DNA from: Felis catus
Lineage: Eukaryota
Length of the DNA stretch: 64,000 nucleotides
NCBI RefSeq assembly: GCF_018350175.1
Contig: NC_058368.1
Location: 145,640,001-145,704,000, forward strand
Direction of reading: 5' to 3'
Position numbers and translations under genes: made by a program
Shown here: positions 11,657 through 23,929 of the stretch, piece by piece
How positions within the stretch are numbered: position 1 is the stretch's first letter
How the letters are laid out: the number at the start of each line of letters is the position of its first letter
The notes under the pieces: generated by a model
What the model saw: only the letters and a program-made list of their open reading frames with translations
Database searches by the model: none
What the model was told of the DNA's origin: nothing

Positions 11657-12205
11657 TTTTACACAGATTTGACATCATACACAATGGTGGACCCTGGCTA
11701 ACCAGTCTGTGTGAGCTTGTTGTCACCAACTTGGATGCTAAAACTTGCATAGCAGACGCTTGGAAAGGGAAAATGGATATAAAGTGGTGGAGAGCAGGGA
11801 CAAGCTAGAATCCATGAAGAGGAGCTAGAACTGTAGGAATGAACTGGAACCTGTGTCCGTTTTCACTGTCTCCAACGTTGATAAAGTAGTGTCCTTTGTC
11901 AAAACAAATGGCCCAGAGCTGAATGAATGGCCCAGGGATTGAAGATGTTGAAGAAAGATCCACGATAAGCTGGAGCACCTGCCAGCCTGGGTGTTGCCGT
12001 GTGCCACCAAGGTGGGCCAGCAGGTAAATGATAATTTGCTTGAGCTACAAACGTACCTTGACTCCACCATTTGAAGGTTAAAAACAGTATGGCTGCTGCT
12101 TCACTTCAACCTTCTAAATCATGCAAATAGGTCTTCCTAATGTGGCCCACCTTAACCAGAAACATACAGGGAAATTAATTCTGGGAAACATAGTTTAGCT
12201 TAGCT
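11570..12205 (-). mobile_element. MLT2-like ERVL LTR containing (TG)n at 11624-11654
   Basis: Reverse strand begins tagctaagctaaactatgtttcccagaattaatttccctgtatgtttctggttaaggtgggcc. An internal TG/CA tract is typical of MLT2-type LTRs. Confidence 0.55.
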
Positions 12206-12206
12206 A

Positions 12207-12870
12207 TATTTTCCTTCCAGGCAAAATGAGCAGCCAGGTACCTTGCTAAAAGTCTTGTCCAGAGGGAGCATTTCCTTTTACCCTGTCCATCAAGGCTAAC
12301 CTGGCATGGGTTGTTAGTGTTATAGCCTCCCACTTTCAGGTTTTGCCTGCATATATTAAGTATAACCATCTGTAACCCAAGCTTGAGTTTTTTTCTTCCT
12401 TAGCAGCTTCTCAGAGAGGAATGCCCATAGACCATAGGTATGAGTTGACAGAGAGAGACAACAGTTAGTAAGAGTGGGGGCATGGGCATCCAGGCTACTT
12501 CCTCATGCAGCTGACTTGTGCCTCAAAGACTTGGTTGAGCCTGCCTTCCATATACAACTTTCATTTGATGATGGATTGCTGCTGTTGTGAATGTCTAGCT
12601 TTGTGGGCTTGGTGAGTCAGATGATATTTATTTCATGATAGGCACCTCAGGCCACTTAGTAGCTTGGTGGCCCATGGTCAGATGTTCAATCTGTACTAAG
12701 GTCAAGTAGAAAGTAAAAAAGCCAAAAGCTGTTTCTGAAAAGGAGAGTAGTTATCTTCATAGGATGGCATGGCTCTGCTGCAAAATTCTAAGGGTCCTCA
12801 TTGTGATTCACTAATAGGGGCCTGTCACAGGCTCCATACAACATGCCTCTCCACCACTGACACTTTGAAC
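12207..12870 (-). mobile_element. ERV-L pol fossil (RT connection/tether to RNase H)
   Basis: Reverse translation FKVSVVERHVVWSL*QAPISESQ*GPLEFCSRAMPSYEDNYSPFQKQLLA ... TMGHQ ... EEKTQAWVTDG ... YLAAHFAWKE matches ERV-L Pol (WSLWQAPIGESQRRPLGFWS...NYSPFEKQLLA, WFTDGS, HFAWKE). Confidence 0.85.
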
Positions 12871-12996
12871 AGATTCTTTATGCACAACATCACAAAACTG
12901 CCGCTTTTGCTCCTTGTTACTGTTAATTATATTTAGTTCTAGGGGAAGAGTACATAATCCCTAAACACTCGGTGTGTGTATGTTTGATGTAGACCC

Positions 12997-13435
12997 TGTG
13001 GTAAGAAGAATAATGCCTCTCCCTCATGGCTGTCCAAATTCTAACTCCTAGAACCTGTGAGTATGTTAGCTTTCATGGCAAAAGGGGCTTTGCAGATGTA
13101 ATTAAGGGATTTAAGATGGGGGATTATCCCAGGTGGACCCAATGTAACCATAAAAGTTCTTTTAAGAGGAAAAGGGACACAGGAAAGAGAGGGGAAGAGA
13201 TGGATGTGACAACAGAAGTAGAAGTTAGAGTTATACAAGAAAGGCACTATAAAGCAAGAATGTAGATGGACTCTAGAAGTAGGAAAATGCAAAGGAACAA
13301 ATTCTCCCCTAGAGCCTCCAGAAGAAATGCATCTGATTCTAGCACTTCTGACCTCCAGAACCATCAGATAATAACTTTGTATTGCTTATAGCCACTGAGT
13401 TTGTGGCACTATGTCACAGTATCAGTAGGAAACTC
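12997..13435 (+). mobile_element. MLT1 (MaLR) solo LTR, MLT1D-like
   Basis: tgtggtaagaagaataatgcc...gaacctgtgagtatgtt...catggcaaaaggggctttgcagatgtaattaagg...ctagagcctccagaag...agccactgagtttgtgg. Confidence 0.85.
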
Positions 13436-13478
13436 TGATGTGAAACTGGACCCAAAAGAAAATGAAGTGCCTAAGCAG

Positions 13479-13483
<5 letters not shown>

Positions 13484-13519
<36 letters not shown>
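13484..13519 (+). repeat. (CT)n microsatellite
   Basis: Read directly from the sequence. Confidence 0.95.
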
Positions 13520-13522
<3 letters not shown>

Positions 13523-14417
13523 CTCTCACCGTGAATGCTTGCTTCCCTCCCCAGTCTCCATCATTCTCCGTAAGATTGGCTCTAGGAAAACTAATGAAGG
13601 ATGGCGAGTGGGTCCTATTGCAGGTCTTTTCCTTCTACCCCTTCTTCTGTGCCCTGTGTCCTTACATAAACCCCTGGCTACTTGAGGTCCCTACTAAGTG
13701 GTCCCTTTGTCCCATCAACTTCTTTCATCAAGCTTCCTTTTTAATTTTTTTTTATTGCTTAGGATTTGAACTCTAATGGAAAAATGATTGCTAATTAATG
13801 AAGCAGTGACTTACATTTTAAAATATATTTAGAACATATTTATGTTTTTGTAGTGTTTATCTTTTGCATATTGTCTTAGCCTTATAAAGAATTACTCTAA
13901 TGGGAGAAATGTCAGTGTTGTGGCAGGCCAATCTTAGGAATTTTGAAGCTATCAAATTACATCAGGTAGATGCTAATCTATGTGCAGGACATTATCTGAC
14001 CTTTATTGCTTATCCCTGATGCCCACCAATGTTTCCTGTTGTTGGGTCTGGCAGATTACAAAATCTTCAAAGGTTTGTGTCATTCAAGTACAAACTTGTG
14101 TTAGGGATATGATTTAGGATCCACCACCCATTGAAATGACTAAGTTTTCTTGTGTAGTTTGTTTGACTCTGAAGATATGGAGACATGACGGTGAGACATT
14201 TTCAGCTGCTCCATGCTCTATATCTCTCAAAGCAATGTTGCTGGTCTCAAGACTGGATATCCTGGATAAGTAGAGTTTGTGATCATGTCTCTAGAAGGAC
14301 TGTGAGTTTATGCAGGAATGGGAGAGGTACTTAAAGAAGATGAACTTCCATCTTTATAGCCAAGGGATTTTAAGAGAAATAGTACACAAAAGAGATACTT
14401 TTTTTTGTGCTTACTCT

Positions 14418-14670
14418 CTTTTTTATTTCAGTTTTATTGAAATATAATTGACATATAGCATTTTGTGAGTTTAAAGTATACAGTGTGTTGATTTGGTACT
14501 CTTTCATACTACAGAATGATTATCACCATAGTGTTAGCTAACACCTCCATCACGTCACATAATTACCATTTGTTTTTTGTGGTGAGAACAAATAGAATAA
14601 AAACACTTAGCAACTTTCAAGTATATAATATAGTATTATTAGCTATAATAAACATGTACATTAGGTCCCC
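14418..14670 (-). mobile_element. L1 3' end (L1MA-like)
   Basis: ttattgaaatataattgacatatagc...gattatcaccatagtgttagctaacacctccatcacgtcacataattacc. Confidence 0.8.
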
Positions 14671-14953
14671 ACGCTCTTTGAGTGAAGTCTTCTCTTAGAC
14701 TATTAAAACCAGCTGTGTCTATTTTTCCAGCTTTTAGCCTCCAGTCTCACAACCTCCCAGTACACAGGTCAGCCTTGTGAGTCTATGCCCTGATTTTGGT
14801 CCTCTGTGTCCTGTGACTCAGTATGTGACAGCAGGAAGCCAGTAGGGAAATGGAAAATAGATCTTCTCCTTAGGTCTTAGAGCAGAGATGTACTAAGCTT
14901 CTGTTCCCCATCTCTTTTGTTAACAGACCCTACCCTGGGCCGGGAAGGCTATC

Positions 14954-15440
14954 TGTAGTAGATTGTTTGCAAATTGCCACTATTATTCCCCTCTTTTCAT
15001 CTCTATCCCTTGTGATATCTCTTCCCTTAAAAAGTGGAATATATTTATTTCCCCATCATTTGAATCTGGCCTGGCCTGATGATTTACCTAGGCCAATAGA
15101 AAGCAGCAGAAGTGATGCAGGGCTGATTCTGAGCCTAAGCACCCACTTATTCTGCTGGAATCCTGTTCAGTGTCCATGTAAACAATTATGGGGCAGAGTC
15201 TGCTAGAGAATGAGAGGCCACCTGGAAGAGAGGTGAGCCATCTGAGCTGAGGCCATGCTAGACTAACCAGCCTCCAGCTGACCCAGCAGCTGACCATAGA
15301 TGTCTAAGTGAGACTAACTGAAACTTGAAGAAGTGCCAAGCTGAATGAAATCTACCTAATTGCCCACCTGGGGAATTGTGAGCTGGAAAATGGTTGTTTT
15401 AGTCACTATGTCTTGGAGTGGTTTGTTATGCAGCCAAAAC
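14954..15440 (+). mobile_element. MLT1 (MaLR) solo LTR, older subfamily
   Basis: tgtagtagattgtttgcaaattgccac...ttgaatctggcctggcc...gagtggtttgttatgcagc. Confidence 0.75.
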
Positions 15441-15669
15441 TTCCTAATTTGTCATCAAGGCTAGAAGTGCTCTCAAATTAGGAGTTAAATCCATGTCTGA
15501 ATGATCATACCTACCACATAAAAGGAAAGAAAGAACAGAGGATGAAGCATATATGGAGGAGAAGAGAGATAAAAGAAGGAACATATAGTCAGGCTGCTAT
15601 TACTCTCAGCCCGTTCTGGTTATAATTCAGTTTCTTCTTCCACTAAATCCTTACAATGCAGGAGAAATC

Positions 15670-16130
15670 TTTTGTTTATAAGACTCAGAAACTCCCACCC
15701 TGCCTTAAGTACCTTAGTTTCAGGGGTATCTCATGGATCTCAAGGGTCTGGATCCCAAGACCTAGCCAGGCTGTCTTGAATGACTAAACCTGGGACTGGC
15801 ATATGGTCTGGAATCAAGGAAGCTGCTTCCTCTGCTTTGCGGTGTTTCCATCTCTTTCTCTTTGGTAGAAGATATTGCATCACTTCTGCCCATTTGTTTC
15901 ACTTTTTCTCTTTTCAGTTCTCTGCTTGCACATAGCTTTGACATGCCTATTCTGAAATAGCAGCCTCAGCCTCAAGTCTTCATGACCTTTTAGCTCACTT
16001 TCCATAAATTCAAATTCCCAATCAGAGAGAATCCAGTTGGTTCTCTGTGGTCCAGTTACATATGCTTAAACAGTAATTGGCAGGGCCAATAAAAATACCC
16101 TTCTGTGGACACTGGGCAGGCAAGCATCTT
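15670..16130 (-). mobile_element. degraded MLT1-like LTR
   Basis: cagaaactc..., caaattcccaatcagagagaatccagttggt resemble antisense old MLT1. Confidence 0.4.
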
Positions 16131-16696
16131 TTGTTAGAACCAGAGGATTGGATTTCTTTACTTAATGTCTACAGCTGGCAGGAGTCACCACCCTGAGTTT
16201 CTGGAACTCCTTTTCTGCAAGTCACCAATAGATTTTTACCTTTGTCTTTGAGTAGAAGATCAACTTCTGTATCCTTCCTTTGTGGAATATGAATGCTAAT
16301 GATCCGCAATTTCCTTTCTTAATCAGGCTGGGGCAGGGATTAGAACACTTTTCTTAGCCCAGCACCCTGCCTCATATGCATTTATTGGTGCTCCCAAGAT
16401 TCAGCAGTTATAGCCTCTCCTTCGTATAAAACTAGGTCTAGTGCCTATAATGTTCTATTCAGCACCTGCGTCTGTCTTTTTTTTAATTTTATTTTTGTTT
16501 TGTTTTGTTTTATAACAGTCAAAATCTAAAAGGCTGCTGATTGACACACTCTCTAGTGGCAGTTTATGGTTACATGGATTTTATGGACTAGAAATTTTTC
16601 AAAAATAAATCTGGGTGTTGACATATGGTTACCAGGTCTATATTTTGCCACATAAGGTCATTACAAGCTCCCATATTCACTCATCATTATTTAATG

Positions 16697-16776
16697 TTGG
16701 ATTGAAACATAGGAAATTGCTATTTTTATAGGTCAAAAATGGTTGAATATTGGCAGTTTGCTGTGGTTCAGTGTGA
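16697..16776. mobile_element. MADE2 mariner MITE (~80 bp)
   Basis: ttggattgaaacataggaaattgctatttttataggtcaaaaatggttgaatattggcagtttgctgtggttca matches the palindromic MADE2 pattern. Confidence 0.75.
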
Positions 16777-16970
16777 TATAGGAAATCGTATTTTAACTTG
16801 AAAACTATTCAAAGGATATAATCTTAGAAAAAAGGATTAGCCTTTACAATGAATTTATTTAGCTTTATGAAGAATGTACTATACTTTCCTTAATTTTCTT
16901 GTTTCATGATGGACTATGAAAACTTCTTCATATATGGTGCTAGTTTTTGATGTGTCTTTAAACAATTTTT

Positions 16971-17020
16971 ATTTCATTTCATTTCATTTCATTTCATTTC
17001 ATTTCATTTCATTTCATTTC
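16971..17020 (+). repeat. (ATTTC)10 microsatellite
   Basis: Read directly. Abuts a carnivore-L1 3' tip at ~17025-17056. Confidence 0.95.
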
Positions 17021-20000
17021 TTATAAGTTTTTATTTAAAGTCCAGTTAGTTAACAGCATGTCTGTTTTTAAAACCCTGGTCTAGTCAAATATGTCTGTGT
17101 GATCCCCTAGCATCACTTTCATTCTTCAGAGTGCTTTTTTTCCTAGACTCTGAGGTAGGGTTCTGACCTACCCATGCTTCAAAGTCATGCTCAAAGAAGC
17201 AGTCATGTTCTCTGAGATCTTCTCAAGCTGTTGGGTGAATCCTTCACTTGGGATCCCAACCTTGGGAATTTGGGAGACATGTTTGCAACACTGAGTTCAT
17301 TGCCACATTCCCCCTCTTAGAGTAAATGGTCACATTTACAAAAGGAGTTTCCGTAACCTCCCATGGCTCCTCAATGAAATATGCAAACCAATTTTTCTAT
17401 CAACTCTGTGGTAAAGATTCTTCCCTTTGGATTTTTTTTTTTTTTGCACAACTTTTCTGTCATCTCTGACAACTCCCTCATCACCCTCTATTTCCTACCC
17501 AAGGGATCTTCATGTCTCTTATAAGCAAGGTCCAGACAGATTGTATAACAAACTAGCTTTGGCTATTAGAAACATCTTTTTAGCTCTTGGCACAACAAGC
17601 AAAACCACTCCTGATGAAAAGAAAGTCTCTCTCCCATATGGTTCTGTAAAGAAGTATGAGTTTCTGAATTTACTGTACATGTGAAAACAATAAACAATTT
17701 GCATTTCTTTCTTTTTCTAGTAATTCAAACTCTAACCTGAGGGTTTTTAAAGAATAGATTTAGTAATTTCTACATTGCACCATTTTCTGAAATATTAGTG
17801 ATTCTCTCTAAAGTAACTAAGCCTCAGCCAAATGTTTCAGTTTATCTTTCTTTTTTTGTGAATCTGCAAATGCGTCAGAAAAACGTTTACTGTAATGTTA
17901 GAATGTGCATGTGTTGGCATTAAAAGTGTGGTTTTGTCCCTACGGGGAATCACATAGAAGCAAAATTACAGTTAATTCCTGGTATCTGTGGTAATGGGGA
18001 ACAGACTGAGTTTGTACCAAATAATATTTGAAAAAGTTATTTTAGAAGTTAAGTTGAACCTTGTTCTTCACTAAACCTGCCAGAGATCCACAAGTAGTCC
18101 AGTTGTTCTTCTCTCCCCTGCTTGCTCAGCCAGAGTCTGGGGTGGAGAAACGGCCAGCAGAAAAGAAGGGTAGAATCAAAAGACTTATTCTCAAATCTAA
18201 AGGTCATTCGATTTTCTCAACATGTTGACTACAGCTCATATGTGGGAGCTTTCTACTCCTTTGGTAAGGCGTCTTGTCCTACCTTATGATTTAATAGATG
18301 AACATCCACCGAAATTCATGTTAACTCCTTTCCAAATTCAGTTTTCAGTTAATAACTGAAAAAAGAAGTAGACAGTTTTCAGATAATTCTGAAGCCTTTT
18401 AAAGCTATTCTCTAAAGAATGGAAGATTTGAAATATAGCTGAATGGGAAGAATGCCACCACAGAACCATCTACTTCTAGCTGGTAGCCTGCAAGAAGAAG
18501 GTTTTTATTTTACCTGGTTCAGTCCCTGACCCTTTGGGAGAGGAGATGATAAACATGTTCTTTATGGAGTGACTCTTGGCTTCCGTACAGGTTTTCAGTA
18601 GACGAGGGGGGGGGGCTGGGAGGGGCGGGGGGGGGGGGGGACAGGGCCTCACTTAATCTGGATCTGCAGTATTTCCTGAATGCAAAGAACTCACATGCTT
18701 GCCAGGATAAGAGTGCATCTCACTCGTGGTGTCCAGATGTGATGCTCCAATGATGTAACCCATTCATTTGTTCTGGAACTATTATTGTTATCTGTTGAAC
18801 AAAACTTAGAAAATGACTTACAGTTTTAAAAAATCACAGAGAATTTTGCAACTCTCTGCCACTCATAGCAGGAATCTTGACACAGGTCTACAAATACTTT
18901 GGAGATATAGATAGAGATAATATATATGTGATTATGAAATATATATGATTATGAAATATATGTATATGATTATGGTAGGGATAGGGGAAACCTTAACTAA
19001 CTACATTAGAGGAATTCAAAATCAAAGTGAAATGATGGTTTTAAATAAGGTTGGATGTCATAATTAGTCCCAGATGATTCCTTTGTAGTCAGGAAAGTTC
19101 TCCCAGACAGCCCCATTTCTTTGTTTGAATGTCAAAACTGAAACTGAATTAGGCTTCTGCCCTGTGTTCTCACAATCACAGTTTCTTTGGGACCTTACAG
19201 TGTAGGCCTTGTGAGATGGCCATTGAGACAAAAAGGTTGTGTCCTCCATTATATGCTCTTTACAAGGCAGATATTATTGCAACAAACCTCTACAACCACA
19301 GAACTAAGGGTTTCTCCTTTCTTCTGGTTTTCTGTATTTGCTTTCGGGAATAGAAGACCTTTTTTGTTTCTATGGTTCCTATACTCAAGTGCCCATTGCC
19401 CTGGAGGAACAGGCCTAATAGGTCTCAGGATGTCATTCGCATTTGCTCTGGGAAACCAGACCCATCACCAAATAAGGAGCTCTGATACGGGACAGATTAG
19501 GGAGAGGTGTCTTTAAGCAAATTTTGTTTGCCATGGGAAAACCAGGGAAAATCAAACAAAAGGCGACACAATTGATTGCCAAAGAGGGCATGTGTCTTTA
19601 GTCCTTTCCAAGAGACATCAGTTATTTCCTGATATTTCTAATAGAAAACTTGTCAGAATAAGTAAATTTGTTTCCAGTTTTGTCCTACTAACAAGTTTTG
19701 CCAATTAAATCATTTAAGTGGTTGTCATCAGTACAGAAAATGTAGACACACCCAGTCTTTTCCTATAAATGATTCCCCCCAATTTGCATTTATTTGTTTT
19801 TGGGATCCAAGCCTTGTTTTAAAAAATTTCAGAATATTTCCCTTTTAAATAGATGGATTAACACACACAATCTGTTTCTTCCTTACTCAGAGAAAACTAG
19901 GTTAATGATGCATTGCTTTTCCATCAGCTAGTACTTGATTCAGAGCAGGATGAAGCCGACCTTATCTCCATTGTGTGGATGGTGGATTTCTTAAAGTCCA

Positions 20001-20991
20001 CATGACAATTAACAAAGACTAGAATAAGGCAGACTCATTTGTATTTAGAGTCAAGGAAATGATACTTATGTAATATTTGGGTAAATAAGCAGTGCTATTT
20101 CCTTCCTGTCTCTAGATCAACATATTCATTATATGTGCTTTTTAATTTCTAATTAGTAATATAATAAAATACAACCCATTTGTAATAAATGCAACGCATA
20201 GGAGACCAGTGAATCACGCTAAAACTAAGTTTTCCCGTGGCATAAAGATTGCCCATGACACCTAACTACCGGCTTTTTGGGAGAAAACTGGGGCTATTTC
20301 TGAGATCATGTGAAACAAAACCGGCCCTCAGTTAAAATGAGATATTTAGTAGACTAAGCAAAACACAGTTCCTCCTTTGAAATACCTGGATAATTGGTGA
20401 AATTCTCTACTTTTTTCTTTAGTGGATATAGAACCTAACCCTGCAATTTTGAAATAGATATAACTGTTTCACTTGCTGATATAAAAATATCTTATTCCTG
20501 TTTTTTTAGTCTCCCCATAATTTGTATTTTTCCCATAGGACATCTTGCTTTTATAGCTATTTTGAAAGAAATTATCAATATTGAACAACTAGCAAAATTT
20601 TCATCAGCAAACATTGATCAACCATCAAAATTGTCATCAGCCTGGCATTCTCTTATTAATGTCAAGGTGATATTGATTATGCAGTCAGGGATTATCAAAT
20701 GCCTGAGTAGGAAAATAGCATCTAAATTATAGTTCATATCATAAATTATACTCATATTTTATTAATATTCATATATTTTATTAACATCACACACATTTTT
20801 GATTTCAGTATCTGTGCTTATAAGCTCATATAGATTCACATGGCCCTATTATTATATTTAATAATTTGTTGCTGGAGCTGATTTCCCAGATACAACATTT
20901 TTTTGAGCTTAAGAGCACTAAAAAGTTGGTGTTAGAAGTATGAGAAACTGAGCAAGTCATTTAAATTAGTTTTATATTATTTAAGACTGCA

Positions 20992-21219
20992 GGGGCGCCT
21001 GGGTGGCGCAGTCGGTTAAGCGTCCGACTTCAGCCAGGTCACGATCTCGCGGTCCGTGAGTTCCAGCCCCGCGTCGGGCTCTGGGCTGATGGCTCAGAGC
21101 CTGGAGCCTGTTTCCGATTCTGTATCTCCCCCTCTCTCTGCCCCTCCCCCGTTCATGCTCTGTCTCTCTCTGTCCCAAAAATAAATAAAAAACGTTGGGA
21201 AAAAAAAAATAAAAAAAAA
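20992..21219 (+). mobile_element. young feline SINE (SINEC_Fc-like)
   Basis: ggggcgcctgggtggcgcagtcggttaagcgtccgac head with CpGs retained. TSD aagactgca at 20983-20991 and 21220-21228. Confidence 0.95.
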
Positions 21220-21324
21220 AAGACTGCAAATGCTGTAAGACAAAGTAAATATGAAATGTCTCTTATTAATGCGACATAGCATTTGTCATCCTTAAAATAC
21301 TTATTTGTAATAAGTGATCTCTCA

Positions 21325-21470
21325 TTTACTCATTCATTCATTTACTCATTTATTTGTTCATTTATTCAACAAATAGATATTAAGCACTTATTATACATCA
21401 AATACTCTGGTAGATGCTGAGACACATTAATGAGAAAGTGTAGATACAGGCCTTGCCTAGAGTCTGGTGG
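21325..21470 (-). mobile_element. L2 3' end
   Basis: cattcattcatt...ttcaacaaatagatattaagcactta...tagatgctgagacac. Confidence 0.7.
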
Positions 21471-22828
21471 AATAGTAAGTAACATTTATTAAGCATCTAA
21501 TCTCCAGTTACCTTGAGAATTTTGCTAATCCATGAATCTAACAGCTATTCAGTTATAATGTGGAATCTGTAATACTGGTGTTAGAGTGATGAAAGTCTTC
21601 CTATTTCTTGCCCACACCCTTTCACCCGGAGAGCAGAGGGCTGTGAAAGGGAACGTGATGACAATGTTAGTGGTAAGAGTAGGTAGCTGCTGGTGGTAGG
21701 AATGGGTTTATTTTTGTTGAAGGGTGAAGGTAGCTATATATATGTGAGGGGTACTATGAAGGTGCTAGTCATATTTAGATTAATGAAAAGCAAAGCTCAA
21801 ATATCCTTGTCTTTCAGTGACTGAAGGAAAGTCAGCACCAGCTTGGAAAATATCAACTCCAGAAAAACACTTCTGAGGTCTTTTTGTTTTGAGGTCTTTG
21901 CATTTCTTTCCTTGCCTAAAAAATGTGTTTCCTCTGAGATCTCTTTATTGCATGGAATGAGGAGTAAAGGAGATTCCTTGAGGGCAATGAAATAAAGGAA
22001 GTCAGTTTTCTGAAGGGAATTCATGTGGTAACCCCTCTCTCATCTCTGGAATTCCTTGGGCTTGCCACTAAAGGAATGAGTAACAGTCTTGCACATAGTT
22101 GTGTTTCTAAGTGAGCAACTTATTTGGACATGCTGAGAACCGTCCTTGGTACAGAAGATATGTTACAGGACTAAAGAGAGTAATGATAGATTATTTGATT
22201 AGATTTTAGTGCAGCATTCTTTTTGGGATTTGATGAACTATCACCTATTAAGTGAGTTACAGATATGTTAAGTTGTATGGACTTTCTGATCCATGGGTGG
22301 AAACAGACCATGAGAATTGAGGTCTGAGACTACATAGATGTCCACTCCATTGTAGAGAGATGTCTCAGTCATTAAAGAGGTTCTGAAGTGCAGGCTTATT
22401 GAACATCTTTGGAAATATTTGGTGAAAGAAGTCAATAGCACATAACTGATACTGGGTAAAGAGTCACATTAGGAAAGCCTTTTAGTGTCAGTGAGCACAG
22501 GGAGACAACAAAGTCTGAAGCTTGGGAAATAATTTTTGGAAAATGTAGTTCATCTGAAGAAGAGGGAAGGCAGGATAAGATTTGATGAATTAATTGGACA
22601 ACAAAGCTGTTCCTTATGTGGACACTGATGAATTGCAAACTATATGTACTGGGAAAATGACTCTTTTAACCTGAATCTTGATTCCCAAGAAGAGCAAATG
22701 GACAGAGAGAAGTTTCAGAAGGAAGCAATTCAAATGGGGAAAGTGAGAAGTGTTTCAAAGAAACAAGTAGATGGAAGAATTAAAGGTGAAAATAGGGGCA
22801 TAAAGAACTCATTATCTGCCTCAATCTA

Positions 22829-22834
<6 letters not shown>

Positions 22835-22897
<63 letters not shown>
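22835..22897 (+). repeat. (TA)n microsatellite
   Basis: Read directly from the sequence. Confidence 0.95.
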
Positions 22898-22898
<1 letters not shown>

Positions 22899-23039
22899 TT
22901 CCCCCCCACCACCCAGGAGGAATAGGGTACCTTAAGTAGGGTAAGTATGTGAAGAAGGAGAAAGAGTAATAACATTTAAGACTCAGAGTAAAGTTCCTTC
23001 AAGAGGAGGGCTATTGTAGCTCATATGATAGGTAACACT

Positions 23040-23436
23040 ATCGGGGATCAAGGAATCCACCATGTGGTCCCACATATAGAGATTTCCCCGTACACATCTC
23101 AGGAACAGTGGCCTCCTGACCTCCTAGATCACACACCATGTGACTTCTTTTGGGGGTAAGACAAGAACCTTGTCTTCTGACCCCTTCATCCTCTCAAATC
23201 TGATGGCATGAAGGACTGCATCAAGGCTGCCAATGACGGTGTGCTGCTACACAGCTTCTGAAATGAATTAGATGCAGGTTTGAGGCCTGCCAAGTGACAT
23301 GCAGGATGCATAAGGAGCATCTGCAAGAGTAAAGAAACTGCAGTGGTTTCTTTACAAATTGGTTTCTCTGCATGTTCACATACAAGATACTGAACAATAG
23401 GTCTCTAAAAGTGTTCAATTCCTATTGGATAACCTG
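23040..23436 (+). mobile_element. decayed Tc1/mariner-superfamily transposase 3' fragment with probable right TIR
   Basis: From 23108 the frame reads WPPDLLDHTPCDFFWG*DKNLV, compared with the WPPRSPDLTPCDFFLWGY.K..V motif. Later NELD...EACQVT...HKEHL. Ends ...ttcaattcctattggataacctg. Confidence 0.65.
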
Positions 23437-23708
23437 ACAGATGATAAATATTAGAAAGGAGACAGTTCATTACATGCCTGGTATGTTCCCAAAATTCTGA
23501 TATAACTGTAAGGAATTTTTTTTAATTTCTAAGGAGTTTATAATTTTGTTGACTTGTTTAAAAATGGATGTACTAAACGCTTAAATTTTTTATTTAACAA
23601 ACATTTATATAGATAATACTATGTGCCACGGATTTTTCTAAGTGCTTTATAGATACTAGCTCCTATATTCATCTAGATTAAATGACCCAGTGATTGGAAG
23701 TACATTTA

Positions 23709-23929
23709 TTTACTTATTTGTTTAATTTTTTTAAACGTTTTATTTTTTGAGAGACAGAGACAAAGTACGAGTAGGAGAGGGGCAGAGAGAGAGAGAAACA
23801 CAGAATCTAAAGCAACTTCCAGGCTCTGAGCTGTCAGCACAGAGCCTGATGCAGGGCTTGAACCCAAAAGGCAAGATCATAACCTTAGCTGAAGTCAGAT
23901 GCTCTACCAACTGAGCCACCAGGCGCCCC
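23709..23929 (-). mobile_element. Can-SINE
   Basis: TSD tggaagt(a/g)cattta on both sides. Confidence 0.9.
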
